DNA from: Oceanispirochaeta sp.
GTDB taxonomy: Bacteria; Spirochaetota; Spirochaetia; DSM-2461
NCBI GenBank assembly: GCA_963663385.2
Contig: CAXXXD010000001.1
Coordinates: 256,001-320,000, forward strand
Reading direction: 5' to 3'
Length of the DNA stretch: 64,000 nt
This document shows positions 38,868-48,043 of this stretch, piece after piece. Each line of letters starts with the position of its first letter. The stretch's first letter is position 1. The notes under the pieces are model-generated. The model was not told the DNA's origin. It made no database searches and saw only the letters and a list, made by a program, of their open reading frames with translations. The position numbers were made by a program, and so were the translations under genes.

Positions 38868-40010
38868 TTACTGATTAATAAGTGCCTGATGAGCTTCCTT
38901 CAACATCCTGATTATTGGTATGGACTGGGGGCACTTCGGCTCGCACAGACCGCATTCCACACACTGGTCACCCCCGCTCTTATCCTGTCCGACAACAACT
39001 TCCCTATAGTTAAACCTGGTATGCTCCAGATACTCTTCATGTACAGAATCGTTGTAACTCTGAAAAACCTCCGGAATATTGACCCCCGAAGGACAGGGCA
39101 TACAGTAACCGCACCTGGTACAGCCTACCCTGTTCATCTTTTTATATTCATCCACGACCGAATCAATCAGCTCTTTTTCATCTTTTGTCATACAGCCCGG
39201 TTCGGCTTTGCTGAAAATTTCGATATTTTCCTTAAGCTGCTCCATGGTCGAAACACCGCTCAATACCGACGTAACCTCCGGCAGATCGATCAGCCACCGG
39301 AACGACCATTCCGCCCCTGATCTCTGTACAGGAAAAGCTTTATATAAAGCGCTAACGGCAGAAGGAAGTTTTTCAGCCAGAGCGCCACCCCTCAAAGGTT
39401 CCATCACGACAACGGGCAGACCTTTCTCTGCCGCATAGTACATGCCTTCCAGACCGGCCTGGTGTTTCACATCCAGAAAATTCAGCTGAATCTGAACAAT
39501 ATCCCAATCGTAGGAATCAACAATACGTTTAAAGTCCTCCAGTTTGCCATGAAAGGAAAAACCGGCATGTCGAATCCTGCCTTTTTTTTTCATATCGTCC
39601 AGATACTCAAGAGCCCCCATCTCCTGGCATTTCTTCCACCTCTCCCCATTCAGGGCGTGAAGAAACTGAACATCCAGATAGTCGGTTTTCAAACGGGCCA
39701 GCTCCTCATCCAGAAAACGTTCCAGATCCTCCCGGTTATTGGCATCCCAGACAGGATTCTTTCCAACGATAACGACGGATTCCCTGTCTATACCTTCCAG
39801 CGCTGTGCCGAGAGCCACTTCGCTGCCTTCATAAACATGGGCCGTATCGAAGTAATTGACCCCATGATCCAGGGCATAGCGGACCATCCGTGTCGTTTCA
39901 TCCTGGTCTATCTGCTCTTTGCCCATTACTCTGATCTTCGGGAACCGCATACAACCAAAACCGAAGCGGGAAACCCTGAGACCTGTCTGGCCATAGTCCA
40001 TATACTGCAT
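38868..40010 (-). CDS. Aldo/keto reductase with C-terminal 4Fe-4S dicluster
   Basis: GFGCMR, YFDTAHVY and MEPLRGG; two CxxCxxCxxxCP-like motifs. Confidence 0.92.
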   Translation of the reverse strand: MQYMDYGQTGLRVSRFGFGCMRFPKIRVMGKEQIDQDETTRMVRYALDHGVNYFDTAHVYEGSEVALGTALEGIDRESVVIVGKNPVWDANNREDLERFLDEELARLKTDYLDVQFLHALNGERWKKCQEMGALEYLDDMKKKGRIRHAGFSFHGKLEDFKRIVDSYDWDIVQIQLNFLDVKHQAGLEGMYYAAEKGLPVVVMEPLRGGALAEKLPSAVSALYKAFPVQRSGAEWSFRWLIDLPEVTSVLSGVSTMEQLKENIEIFSKAEPGCMTKDEKELIDSVVDEYKKMNRVGCTRCGYCMPCPSGVNIPEVFQSYNDSVHEEYLEHTRFNYREVVVGQDKSGGDQCVECGLCEPKCPQSIPIIRMLKEAHQALINQ

Positions 40011-40031
40011 TATGATCCTCCGTATTTTTTC

Positions 40032-40062
40032 ATACTAAAACCTGGAGCCGACTCCAGGTCAA
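40032..40062 (-). promoter_or_regulatory. MerR-type promoter and operator for the AKR-ADH operon
   Basis: TTGACC-19bp-TAGTAT with the palindrome ACCTGGAG-CCGA-CTCCAGGT (40040-40059). Confidence 0.88.
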
Positions 40063-40106
40063 GCAATAACCTTGTTTTTTTCCCGTTCCCTCTCTACTAT
40101 TGTTAT

Positions 40107-40484
40107 ATGAATGAGATAATGATGCAAAATCAGGTTTTTTCCATGAAGGAGATTATAAGCAAAACCGGCTTAAGCAGTGATACCCTCCGTTACTACGAAA
40201 AGGATGGAATTCTTTCGGATATCCACCGCCTGCCCAATGGCCATCGCCAATACAGCAGGGATGATCTGGAGTGGCTTAAGTTTGTTCTCTGCCTGAGATC
40301 AACGGGAATGTCTCTTAAAAAAATCAGAAAGTACAAAGAGCTTATGGAGAAAGGGAGCTCTACCGTTAAGGAGAGGAGAGAACTCCTTCTCTGTCAGAAA
40401 GAGAGACTTTTAAAAGAGATGCATACCCTGCAGAATGCTCTTTCGGCGATTAACTACAAAATTACCTACTATGATTCTCTGTGA
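40107..40484 (+). CDS. MerR family regulator (AdhR/NmlR-like)
   Basis: TLRYYEKDG, NGHRQY and CLRSTGMSL; start at 40107, 40119 or 40122. Confidence 0.9.
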   Translation: MNEIMMQNQVFSMKEIISKTGLSSDTLRYYEKDGILSDIHRLPNGHRQYSRDDLEWLKFVLCLRSTGMSLKKIRKYKELMEKGSSTVKERRELLLCQKERLLKEMHTLQNALSAINYKITYYDSL

Positions 40485-40497
40485 ATAACCAGCGGAT

Positions 40498-41256
40498 TCA
40501 GGCAAATTCCTTTTCAAAATCCTTCTGCTGTGATGTCTGAATATAGGAATGGATCCGTTCTCTGGTTTTTTGCAGATCAGCACTGTTAAACAGAACAACA
40601 TAAAGAGCCTGGCCATCCACAACCCGTTGACCAAGAACAACCCCGTTTGTATTTACGAGAATCCCCTTCAATCTTAACTGAATATCTTTCAATACCTGGT
40701 TTCTAACCAGCTCGTTATCAGAATTCAGAAAAAAGGACATCCCTACGGAACTGATATCCTGAATGGTTCCGTTGATCTGAATTTCATTCAGTTTAAAATT
40801 CATGGAAGCTTCTTCAGTACACTGGTAGCGGATGTATTTTCTTCTCCCCTTGGCTTCATTTGCATGCAGGATTTTCAGCATCATTTCAGAAGCGGCCTGA
40901 ACACCCTGCTTCAGCATGATAAAACCGCAGCTGATTCCCAGTTCCATCATGTAATGCTGAACCCTTTGAGGTTCGATAATTTTAAATGAAAAGATCCCCA
41001 GACGGATTCCGGGTTTGTTAAACTGAAGATCCGCAATGAAATCCTCCCACTCATACTCATTCATTACGGCGTCTATATTCAGAAAGAAAAGGGTTTCCGG
41101 ATAACTGGAAGCGATCCACTTTATTTTCGTGTGATCCAGAAGAGTATAGACTTCATATTCCCGGCCTGTCAGAAACCCAAGCATATGCTTGCTGACCAGG
41201 TCGGGGGGGTGAACGAAAACAATCCTCTTGCCAATGATCTCTTTCTGCAGTTCCAT
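40498..41256 (-). CDS. PilZ domain c-di-GMP receptor
   Basis: RKYIR (RxxxR) and DISSVG (DxSxxG). Confidence 0.85.
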   Translation of the reverse strand: MELQKEIIGKRIVFVHPPDLVSKHMLGFLTGREYEVYTLLDHTKIKWIASSYPETLFFLNIDAVMNEYEWEDFIADLQFNKPGIRLGIFSFKIIEPQRVQHYMMELGISCGFIMLKQGVQAASEMMLKILHANEAKGRRKYIRYQCTEEASMNFKLNEIQINGTIQDISSVGMSFFLNSDNELVRNQVLKDIQLRLKGILVNTNGVVLGQRVVDGQALYVVLFNSADLQKTRERIHSYIQTSQQKDFEKEFA

Positions 41257-41360
41257 TTATCAGCTCTCTTATAGTCTGTCTGTCATACCTGTCCGGGTAT
41301 ATTGTAATTATAAGCAAATCAACCGGAATAGCCAATACGGACCGGGCTGTTTCCATGGCG

Positions 41361-42719
41361 CTACAGCTTATATTTGCTGATTTTATTGAAGAGAGTTTTT
41401 CTGGTAATCCCCAAAGCCTCCGCAGCGGATGTCCGGTTATATTTGCTTCTGACCAGAGCCTGTTCAATAAGCGACCGTTCATACCTTTCCAGAGCCGCAT
41501 TCATCTGATCCTGAAGGCTTCCGGCACCCGGTTCCGGCAGATTCAGAACCGGATCCTTTACGATTGATATCAGAAAAACGCTCAGATCAAGTTCTTCCCC
41601 GTCACTCAGAAGGACAGCCTGATTGAGCATATTCCTCAACTCCCGGATATTCCCCGGCCAGCTGTGCTGCCTCATAACGGCCAGACTGTCTTTTGATACA
41701 GCAGGAACCTTCTTCTTATACCTTTTGGCAAAAAACTGACAGAAGTAGGCGCACAGAGCCTCCAGATCATCCATCCGCTCTCTCAGAGGGGGTAGTTCAA
41801 GGCATATCACGTTCAGTCTGTAATAAAGGTCTTCCCGGAATTTCTTCTCACTGATAAGGAGATTGAGATCCTGGTTTGTGGCCGCTATTATACGGATGTC
41901 CGTTTTAATCAAGCTGGTCCCGCCCACCCTTTCAAAGGCGCCCTCTTCGATAACCCGCAGCAGCTTGGCCTGAGCTTCCAGAGACATGTCCCCGATTTCA
42001 TCCAGAAAGAGAGTTCCCCTGTCAGCCAGTTCGAATTTTCCCGGCTTTCTTTCTGACGCGCCTGTAAAGGCACCCTTTTCATGACCGAAAAGTTCACTGA
42101 GCAGAAGTGTTTCCGAAAGGGCCGCACAGTTGACCCCTACAAAGGGAGCTTCCCTGCGGTTCCCCGTGTCATGAATATACCGGCAGAGAACTTCCTTTCC
42201 CGTACCGCTTTCCCCGATAACGAGAACGGTGGCATCCGTATCCTTGACCCTATCCGCCGTATTCAGGATTTTCCGCATAACCGGCCCGCTATGGATAAAC
42301 TCCGCCTGATCCCTGAGACTGATCAGCTCTGTCCGCAGGAATTGATTTTCCGCCTTCAGCTTTTTCAGTTCCAGGCGGGATTCCACAGCCTGAAGCAGTT
42401 TTTCGTTATCCAGAGGTTTCAGCAGATAGTCCACAGCGCCGCACTGCATGGCTTCCACGGCACTGCGGATACTGCCGTAACCGGTGATCATAAAACAGAG
42501 GATTTCCGGATCCTCCTCCAGAATCCCGGACAGAAGTTCCAATCCGTCCCTGTCTCCAAGCCTGATATCCAGAAGAGCGATATCAATACTCTGCTCCTGC
42601 ACAAGACACAGGGCCTCATCAAAACCATCCGTTTCAAAAACAGTGTAGCCTTCCCGCTGAAAGAGGTGTTTTATTCCCTTACGTATCCCTTTTTCATCGT
42701 CTGCAATTAAAATATTCAT
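41361..42719 (-). CDS. Sigma-54-dependent response regulator (NtrC family)
   Basis: REC domain, GESGTGKE, GAFTGA, WPGNIREL and Fis-type HTH. Confidence 0.95.
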   Translation of the reverse strand: MNILIADDEKGIRKGIKHLFQREGYTVFETDGFDEALCLVQEQSIDIALLDIRLGDRDGLELLSGILEEDPEILCFMITGYGSIRSAVEAMQCGAVDYLLKPLDNEKLLQAVESRLELKKLKAENQFLRTELISLRDQAEFIHSGPVMRKILNTADRVKDTDATVLVIGESGTGKEVLCRYIHDTGNRREAPFVGVNCAALSETLLLSELFGHEKGAFTGASERKPGKFELADRGTLFLDEIGDMSLEAQAKLLRVIEEGAFERVGGTSLIKTDIRIIAATNQDLNLLISEKKFREDLYYRLNVICLELPPLRERMDDLEALCAYFCQFFAKRYKKKVPAVSKDSLAVMRQHSWPGNIRELRNMLNQAVLLSDGEELDLSVFLISIVKDPVLNLPEPGAGSLQDQMNAALERYERSLIEQALVRSKYNRTSAAEALGITRKTLFNKISKYKL

Positions 42720-44830
42720 TTCCGGTCAAAATCCTTAACCCGGGGCAGATCAAAAGAAACAGTTGTCCCTTCTCCCACCACACTGACAATATCAATATTC
42801 CCCTGGTACTTCATGATTATTCCATAAACAACGGACAATCCCAGACCGGTTCCTTCGCGGTTGGATTTGGTTGTAAAAAAGGGATCAAATACCCTCTTCA
42901 AATGACTGCTTTCTATTCCGGTTCCCCGGTCCCTGACCTGAAAGGATACCATGGAACGTTTATCTTCCTTCTGAATTTTCAGTATTATTTTTTCATTCCC
43001 CGGAGAAGCATGAATAGCATTCTGAAGCAGATTGATATACAGCTGCATCAGCTCCCCCTTGGGAATTCCAACCCGGGGAATATCCTTATCACACAGGATT
43101 TCCAGTTCGGCCCCCCTCTCCCCGTCATTTTTCCGGGCGTGGCGGATCAGACGCCTGACCTCGTTAGCCACATCCAGGGGGTTCACGGCGGGGATCTGAT
43201 TCTGTTCCGGTGAGGTGAGATCGAGAAGATCCCTGATTATACGAGCGATCCTGTGGGATTCATCTTCCACGAGCTTCAGAATTTCCAGTTTCTCTTCGTC
43301 ATCCTCGGAATAGATCAGATTCTGTGTATTGGAAAGGATGGAGGAAAGGGGATTGTTGATTTCATGGGCAATCCCGGCGGAAAGCATGCTGATGGAAGAG
43401 AGCTTTTCCGCCTGAAAGATTTTTTCCTCATAGGCGTTTTTTTCAGAAATATCCTCCAGGAGAAGAACGGCCAGGCCCTTATCCGGACCACCCTGTTCCT
43501 CCCTGTGAAGCGGATAGGCCTTCAACTCGAAAACTTTATCTTCATCCCCCCTGATGCGCTGGGAGAAATACTCCTGTTCCCCATGGATAATTCTTTCAAT
43601 ATCAGGCAGAACATTTTCATCAAAAGGAAAAGCATGAAGGCAGGGCAGATCCGGAAATATGGTTCTGAAGCTTAAATTGGCTTTTTCGATTTCCAGATTG
43701 TCATTAATAACAGCAATGCCGTCCCTTATGGAGTTGATGACCCTTTCATTGTATTCATTTAAAAAAGTTATTTCATTCAGGGAACTCTCCAGTTCGACCT
43801 GATCCTGATGAAGCTGAGACGCCATATCATTGAATCCGCGGACAAGTATGCCAATTTCATCCCGCGGTCTGTAGTTCAGTCGGATCGTAAAGGTACCGCT
43901 CCGTATGTGCTCCATTGCCCCGGCCAGACTGCTGACGGGCCGAGAGATCCCTCTGGAAATAATCATACTCAGGATCACCGTTATCAGCATAGTCAGAAGC
44001 GAGACGGTTATAATTGTTTTTTCAATATTATAAATTCGCTCAATAAAGGGATCATTGGAAAGGATCGTAGAAAGGAAGATGATCTGTTCCTGTTCTGTGC
44101 TTCCGAAAACTCCGCATTTTGCCGTGGCGATATTATAGCTGCCGTCACGGAAGGAGAGGGCGAACATCTCGCTGTAAGCACTTTCCGGCTGAACAACGCC
44201 CGTATGGAAAAGGATACCGGGAGAGGGAAAATTTCCGGTTAGAAAGGTGTCCGCCGTATGAAAAAGGAGCTTCCCTTCCGAATCGAAGGCGATATTCCTT
44301 AGAAAGCTCTCATTAATATGTTTTATCAGGAAAATATCCGCCGAAACGCTTTTTCCGGGCAGAGAAACGGTCCCGACCATATACAGCTGATCCTCTGTCC
44401 GGTACAAACGGATATAGGGGTGTTCATACAGAACCGTCAGGGATTCCGCTTCCGGCATAATAAAATCTTCGGAGGTACTGATGGCCTCAATGCTGAACTC
44501 CGTTTGTCCCGTATTGACCAGAACCCCATCCACACTGGAGGATATCAGAAGGGCCTTCAAGTCTTCCGTCAGATCCTCATTTGCCACTCCCCCATCGTAA
44601 CCGTCAGCGGAAAATTCGGAGAACGTCTTTATACGGATTAACTGCTTCCAGAGGTGGCGCTTCCAGGAGGAAAAATTACTGCTGATAAAATCCGCTTCGT
44701 ACCGCAGCTGCTCCCTGGCATCCTCCCTGTTGCTGATCCGGATGAGGTTACTGATAAAGAGTCCGGTAAAGAAGGCCTGAAAAACAATGAGGCAGGAAAT
44801 TATCAGGACGAGTTTCGGGAAAAGCTTCAT
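42716..44830 (-). CDS. Membrane sensor histidine kinase (HAMP)
   Basis: 2 TM segments, HAMP, AHEINNP and GTGLGL. Confidence 0.93.
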   Translation of the reverse strand: MKLFPKLVLIISCLIVFQAFFTGLFISNLIRISNREDAREQLRYEADFISSNFSSWKRHLWKQLIRIKTFSEFSADGYDGGVANEDLTEDLKALLISSSVDGVLVNTGQTEFSIEAISTSEDFIMPEAESLTVLYEHPYIRLYRTEDQLYMVGTVSLPGKSVSADIFLIKHINESFLRNIAFDSEGKLLFHTADTFLTGNFPSPGILFHTGVVQPESAYSEMFALSFRDGSYNIATAKCGVFGSTEQEQIIFLSTILSNDPFIERIYNIEKTIITVSLLTMLITVILSMIISRGISRPVSSLAGAMEHIRSGTFTIRLNYRPRDEIGILVRGFNDMASQLHQDQVELESSLNEITFLNEYNERVINSIRDGIAVINDNLEIEKANLSFRTIFPDLPCLHAFPFDENVLPDIERIIHGEQEYFSQRIRGDEDKVFELKAYPLHREEQGGPDKGLAVLLLEDISEKNAYEEKIFQAEKLSSISMLSAGIAHEINNPLSSILSNTQNLIYSEDDEEKLEILKLVEDESHRIARIIRDLLDLTSPEQNQIPAVNPLDVANEVRRLIRHARKNDGERGAELEILCDKDIPRVGIPKGELMQLYINLLQNAIHASPGNEKIILKIQKEDKRSMVSFQVRDRGTGIESSHLKRVFDPFFTTKSNREGTGLGLSVVYGIIMKYQGNIDIVSVVGEGTTVSFDLPRVKDFDRK

Positions 44831-45813
44831 TGCGTATAGAAATACTCCCTCATGGCAGGATCATTCAGATTCGAGGGGGTAAAGAGAACCGAACCGGAAG
44901 TGATATTTTTAGGGATCTCCTTCCCCTCCCTAAAATGGCGGGAAGCCCATTCAATGGCAAGTGAGCCTATTTCTCCCGGTTTCTGGGCCAGAATAACGTC
45001 AACCTCACCGTTCCTCAAACCTTTTATAAGAGATTCTGTTGCATCCCAGGCAGCCACACGGACGGCACCGGAGAGCCCTGTATTGGAGACGGCTTCCGAG
45101 ACCCCCTGACTGCTGAAAACATTGGTACCGAAAATACCGACCAGATCGGGGTAATCCTGCAATGCCTGAAGGGTCTGGGCCGCAGCAACAGATTGCAGGT
45201 CACCGTTATAATCTATCCTTACGACCTCCATATCCGGAAAGCGGGAGATCCCTTCAACAAAACCATCCTTCCTTTCTTCTGTTGTGGAGGTTTCCGGGGT
45301 TGTGGTGTTTATATAGACTCTTCCCTTTTCACGAACCTGTTCCGCCATAAACTCCGCCAAACGGATTCCTTCCGCATAATTGTCCGTTCCGATATGGGTC
45401 AGAGGGAATGTCCACTCCTCCGATCCGGCATAATTGCCGTTTCCGATTTTCGTATCCACCGTTATAATCCGGATTCCCCTGTCATGGAGTTCCCGCAGGG
45501 GGGCAATAAGAGCATCCTTTGCCGTGGGAGCAATCATGACAAGATCATAGGAACAGCCCTTAACGGCATCCATCAGAATCAGAGTCTGTTCTTCCGGATC
45601 CCACGCAGAAGGATAGGGACTGACCGATAGGAGGACACCCAGATCCTCCGCTTTCTCCCGGGCCCCCTGTTCCAGGGAGTAGTAAAAAGGATCGGCGACG
45701 CCCGGGACATAGAGGACACGAACCTCCCGAAGGGATCGTTCATCCTTCAGGCCCGAAGCAAAAAGAGGATTAAATACAATCTGAAGTAAAAATATGAGCA
45801 GGAAACGGCGCAT
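44827..45813 (-). CDS. Periplasmic sugar-binding protein (RbsB-like)
   Basis: Signal peptide; DPFY, IGTDN, ERKDGF and AAWD motifs; 4-bp overlap with the kinase. Confidence 0.88.
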   Translation of the reverse strand: MRRFLLIFLLQIVFNPLFASGLKDERSLREVRVLYVPGVADPFYYSLEQGAREKAEDLGVLLSVSPYPSAWDPEEQTLILMDAVKGCSYDLVMIAPTAKDALIAPLRELHDRGIRIITVDTKIGNGNYAGSEEWTFPLTHIGTDNYAEGIRLAEFMAEQVREKGRVYINTTTPETSTTEERKDGFVEGISRFPDMEVVRIDYNGDLQSVAAAQTLQALQDYPDLVGIFGTNVFSSQGVSEAVSNTGLSGAVRVAAWDATESLIKGLRNGEVDVILAQKPGEIGSLAIEWASRHFREGKEIPKNITSGSVLFTPSNLNDPAMREYFYTQ

Positions 45814-45849
45814 GTTCTGTGAGTATAACACAAGCTGACCGGGGAATCT

Positions 45850-46008
45850 TCAGTTTTGTCCGTTCTGAATCAGTTCCTGTCCCTGTTCTGTAATTTCGAA
45901 GAGATCCTCTTCCCACAGGCATGCCGCCGGGTCCAGTTGATAGAGGGGGAAATCCTCATAAGAGTAGTCATAATCTGCCAGGTGATATAAAACTGCTGTT
46001 CCTTCCAT
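45850..46008 (-). CDS. Small acidic protein (52 aa), not in the ORF track
   Basis: AAGGAG SD; MEGTAVLYHLADYDYSYEDFPLYQLDPAACLWEEDLFEITEQGQELIQNGQN*. Confidence 0.65.
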   Translation of the reverse strand: MEGTAVLYHLADYDYSYEDFPLYQLDPAACLWEEDLFEITEQGQELIQNGQN

Positions 46009-46032
46009 TGAATTCTCCTTTTCTATCTATAC

Positions 46033-46049
46033 AGCAAGTTGCATACCAA
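46033..46049 (-). promoter_or_regulatory. Sigma-54 -24/-12 promoter
   Basis: TTGGTATGCAACTTGCT has exact GG-N10-GC spacing. Confidence 0.75.
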
Positions 46050-46165
46050 GATCAGGAATTTGCCCTCCCCAGCAAATAAAACAGCTAATTCATTTCCCAT
46101 AAATGACTTAACAAAACATCAAAGGGGGTACAGGAAGGATATCTGCTTTTCACAAAAGCAAGATG

Positions 46166-46193
46166 GGGTAAGCCGTTACCCGGACCGGGTAAC
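46166..46193. promoter_or_regulatory. Putative enhancer (UAS) palindromes
   Basis: GGGTAA-GCCG-TTACCC overlapping GTTACCCGG-A-CCGGGTAAC, about 120-145 bp upstream of the sigma-54 site. Confidence 0.55.
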
Positions 46194-46207
46194 AGAACGG
46201 GATGGAG

Positions 46208-46813
46208 TCAGTCGATTCGGATACCGAGGAACCCCAGAAAGGATCCAGCTTCGGGCAGGCTGAACCGGGCGGATTGGATTTTATTGGTTCTGAAATCGAT
46301 AGAGTAACCCTCTGCTTTCCGGAAGTCCGCGGACTCCAGATTGCATTGATGGAACATAACCTCTTTAAACACGGCAGATGAGAAATCGCACCTGCTTAAA
46401 TCGCAGCCGCTGAAATCACTTTCCCGGATCTGACAGGATGAAAAGAATCCCTTCCTGTAAATAAGATCACTGAAAACAAGGTTGCTGATACGGCAATTCC
46501 TGAATTCCGGGTCAAAACAGAATCGGTTGCAGTCTGAAAAGTCGATTCCCACAATCTTGCAGTCCAGGAATTCAGTCTCATTCAGAATAACATTCCTCAG
46601 TTTTGTCAGAACCAGTTCACACTCTTTGAACAGGCAGGAGCGAAAAGCCGTTTCATCCAGAATCATATCATTGAAGCGGCAACCCGAAAAACGGCAATTT
46701 TCAAAGGTATGAAAACTGATATTACAGAAACTGAAATCCATCGATCGGAACTCCAGATCTTCCAGAAATTCCGAATGTCCCAAAACTTCATCCGGATCGT
46801 TTACAAGCTTCAT
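46208..46813 (-). CDS. Pentapeptide repeat protein
   Basis: Recurrent (C/A/S)xF/Lxx five-residue periodicity. Confidence 0.9.
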   Translation of the reverse strand: MKLVNDPDEVLGHSEFLEDLEFRSMDFSFCNISFHTFENCRFSGCRFNDMILDETAFRSCLFKECELVLTKLRNVILNETEFLDCKIVGIDFSDCNRFCFDPEFRNCRISNLVFSDLIYRKGFFSSCQIRESDFSGCDLSRCDFSSAVFKEVMFHQCNLESADFRKAEGYSIDFRTNKIQSARFSLPEAGSFLGFLGIRID

Positions 46814-46886
46814 GGTATCCCCCCTGTAGGGATACTATGGCTTATAACGACCTTTTATACAAACTTTAAATAGAGAAATTCATCTG

Positions 46887-47588
46887 TCATATACAGGCAA
46901 ATATAAGAAGAAAGACAGGAGCTGTCATAACAGTCATAACGCCTGCCAGAACAATGGAAAGACCGCTCATGGCTCCCGTGACCTCTCCCAGCTCCATAGC
47001 TTTGGACGTCCCGATGGCATGGGCTGTTGTTCCAATGGCAATGCCCCTGGCGACAGGATGTTCTATTTTAAACAGCTTGAACACAGGAACATAAATGATC
47101 ACACCCATCACACCGGTAAGAACAATGCAGATAACTGTTACACTCGCCATACCGCCCAGAGTTTCTGAAAGGATCAGCCCGAGGGGAGTCGTTATGGATT
47201 TGGGAATAAGGGATTTCATCAGTGTTTTATCCACATCAAGGAGGAGACAGAGAGAGAAAACACTGACCGCTGAAGTTCCTACTCCTGAGAAAATCCCTGC
47301 CAGAATGGCAGTCTTGTGTTCCATCAGAAGAGGCAGCTGTCTGTACAGAGGGAGAGCCAGCAGGATAATTGTAAAAGGAAGAATAGCCTGTATAAACTTT
47401 CCCCCCAGCATATAATCGGAAACAGGAATATCGAACCCCAGAAGAACAGCTATTAATCCCGTCAATGCAATAAGGTAGGGATTTAAAAAAGAAATCTTTG
47501 TCTTTGCATAAATCGCTTTTGCCAGAATATAAAAGAAGAGGGTTGTTACAACCCCGAATAGAGGGTTGGATGTCAGCAGTTCAACCAT
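46887..47588 (-). CDS. lrgB: LrgB/CidB family protein
   Basis: PKSITTP and GTTAHAIGT. Confidence 0.92.
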   Translation of the reverse strand: MVELLTSNPLFGVVTTLFFYILAKAIYAKTKISFLNPYLIALTGLIAVLLGFDIPVSDYMLGGKFIQAILPFTIILLALPLYRQLPLLMEHKTAILAGIFSGVGTSAVSVFSLCLLLDVDKTLMKSLIPKSITTPLGLILSETLGGMASVTVICIVLTGVMGVIIYVPVFKLFKIEHPVARGIAIGTTAHAIGTSKAMELGEVTGAMSGLSIVLAGVMTVMTAPVFLLIFACI

Positions 47589-47967
47589 TGGAATCCTCCT
47601 TCTTCACAGCCTGATCTTTTTTATGGGCGTTCTCTTTCTTCAGGACAGCCTGAACCACGACACCGCTGACACCCATAACAAGTACGTTGCTGACGGTAAG
47701 GACTGTAAGGATTTTTAGAACATTCCCGTTTACAACATCCATGGAATCCAGGATCAGGATAGCCGGAGGCAGAAAGAAGAAAGACAGGTTCCCCAGAATA
47801 AGGGCCGTTATAAACCCGTAGCGGTCGGCTCTCAGAACCTTTGTAATAAGCAGGATAAAAAACAGAACCATGCTCAGCAAACTGCCTGGAACAGGAATAA
47901 CTTTGGATAAAAGTTCTCCGGAAAGATAAATCAGACCGATTGTCAGAACTTCATAAATCAGATTCAT
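47581..47967 (-). CDS. lrgA: CidA/LrgA family protein
   Basis: PVPGSLLSM and LSFFFLPP; overlaps lrgB. Confidence 0.88.
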   Translation of the reverse strand: MNLIYEVLTIGLIYLSGELLSKVIPVPGSLLSMVLFFILLITKVLRADRYGFITALILGNLSFFFLPPAILILDSMDVVNGNVLKILTVLTVSNVLVMGVSGVVVQAVLKKENAHKKDQAVKKEDSNG

Positions 47968-48043
47968 ACAATCCTCAATACATTCAATTTTAAAGATATT
48001 CAATCAAACAGGATTTCCCGGAAAAAATCCAGAGTATTTATAA

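Noticed and set aside
39462..40106. N-terminal extension of the MerR ORF (340 aa in the track)
   Set aside because: Overlaps the AKR gene in antisense; the MerR domain starts at about 40107.
46208..46813. Pentapeptide protein as a Qnr quinolone-resistance gene
   Set aside because: The repeat pattern alone cannot assign resistance, and there is no mobile context.
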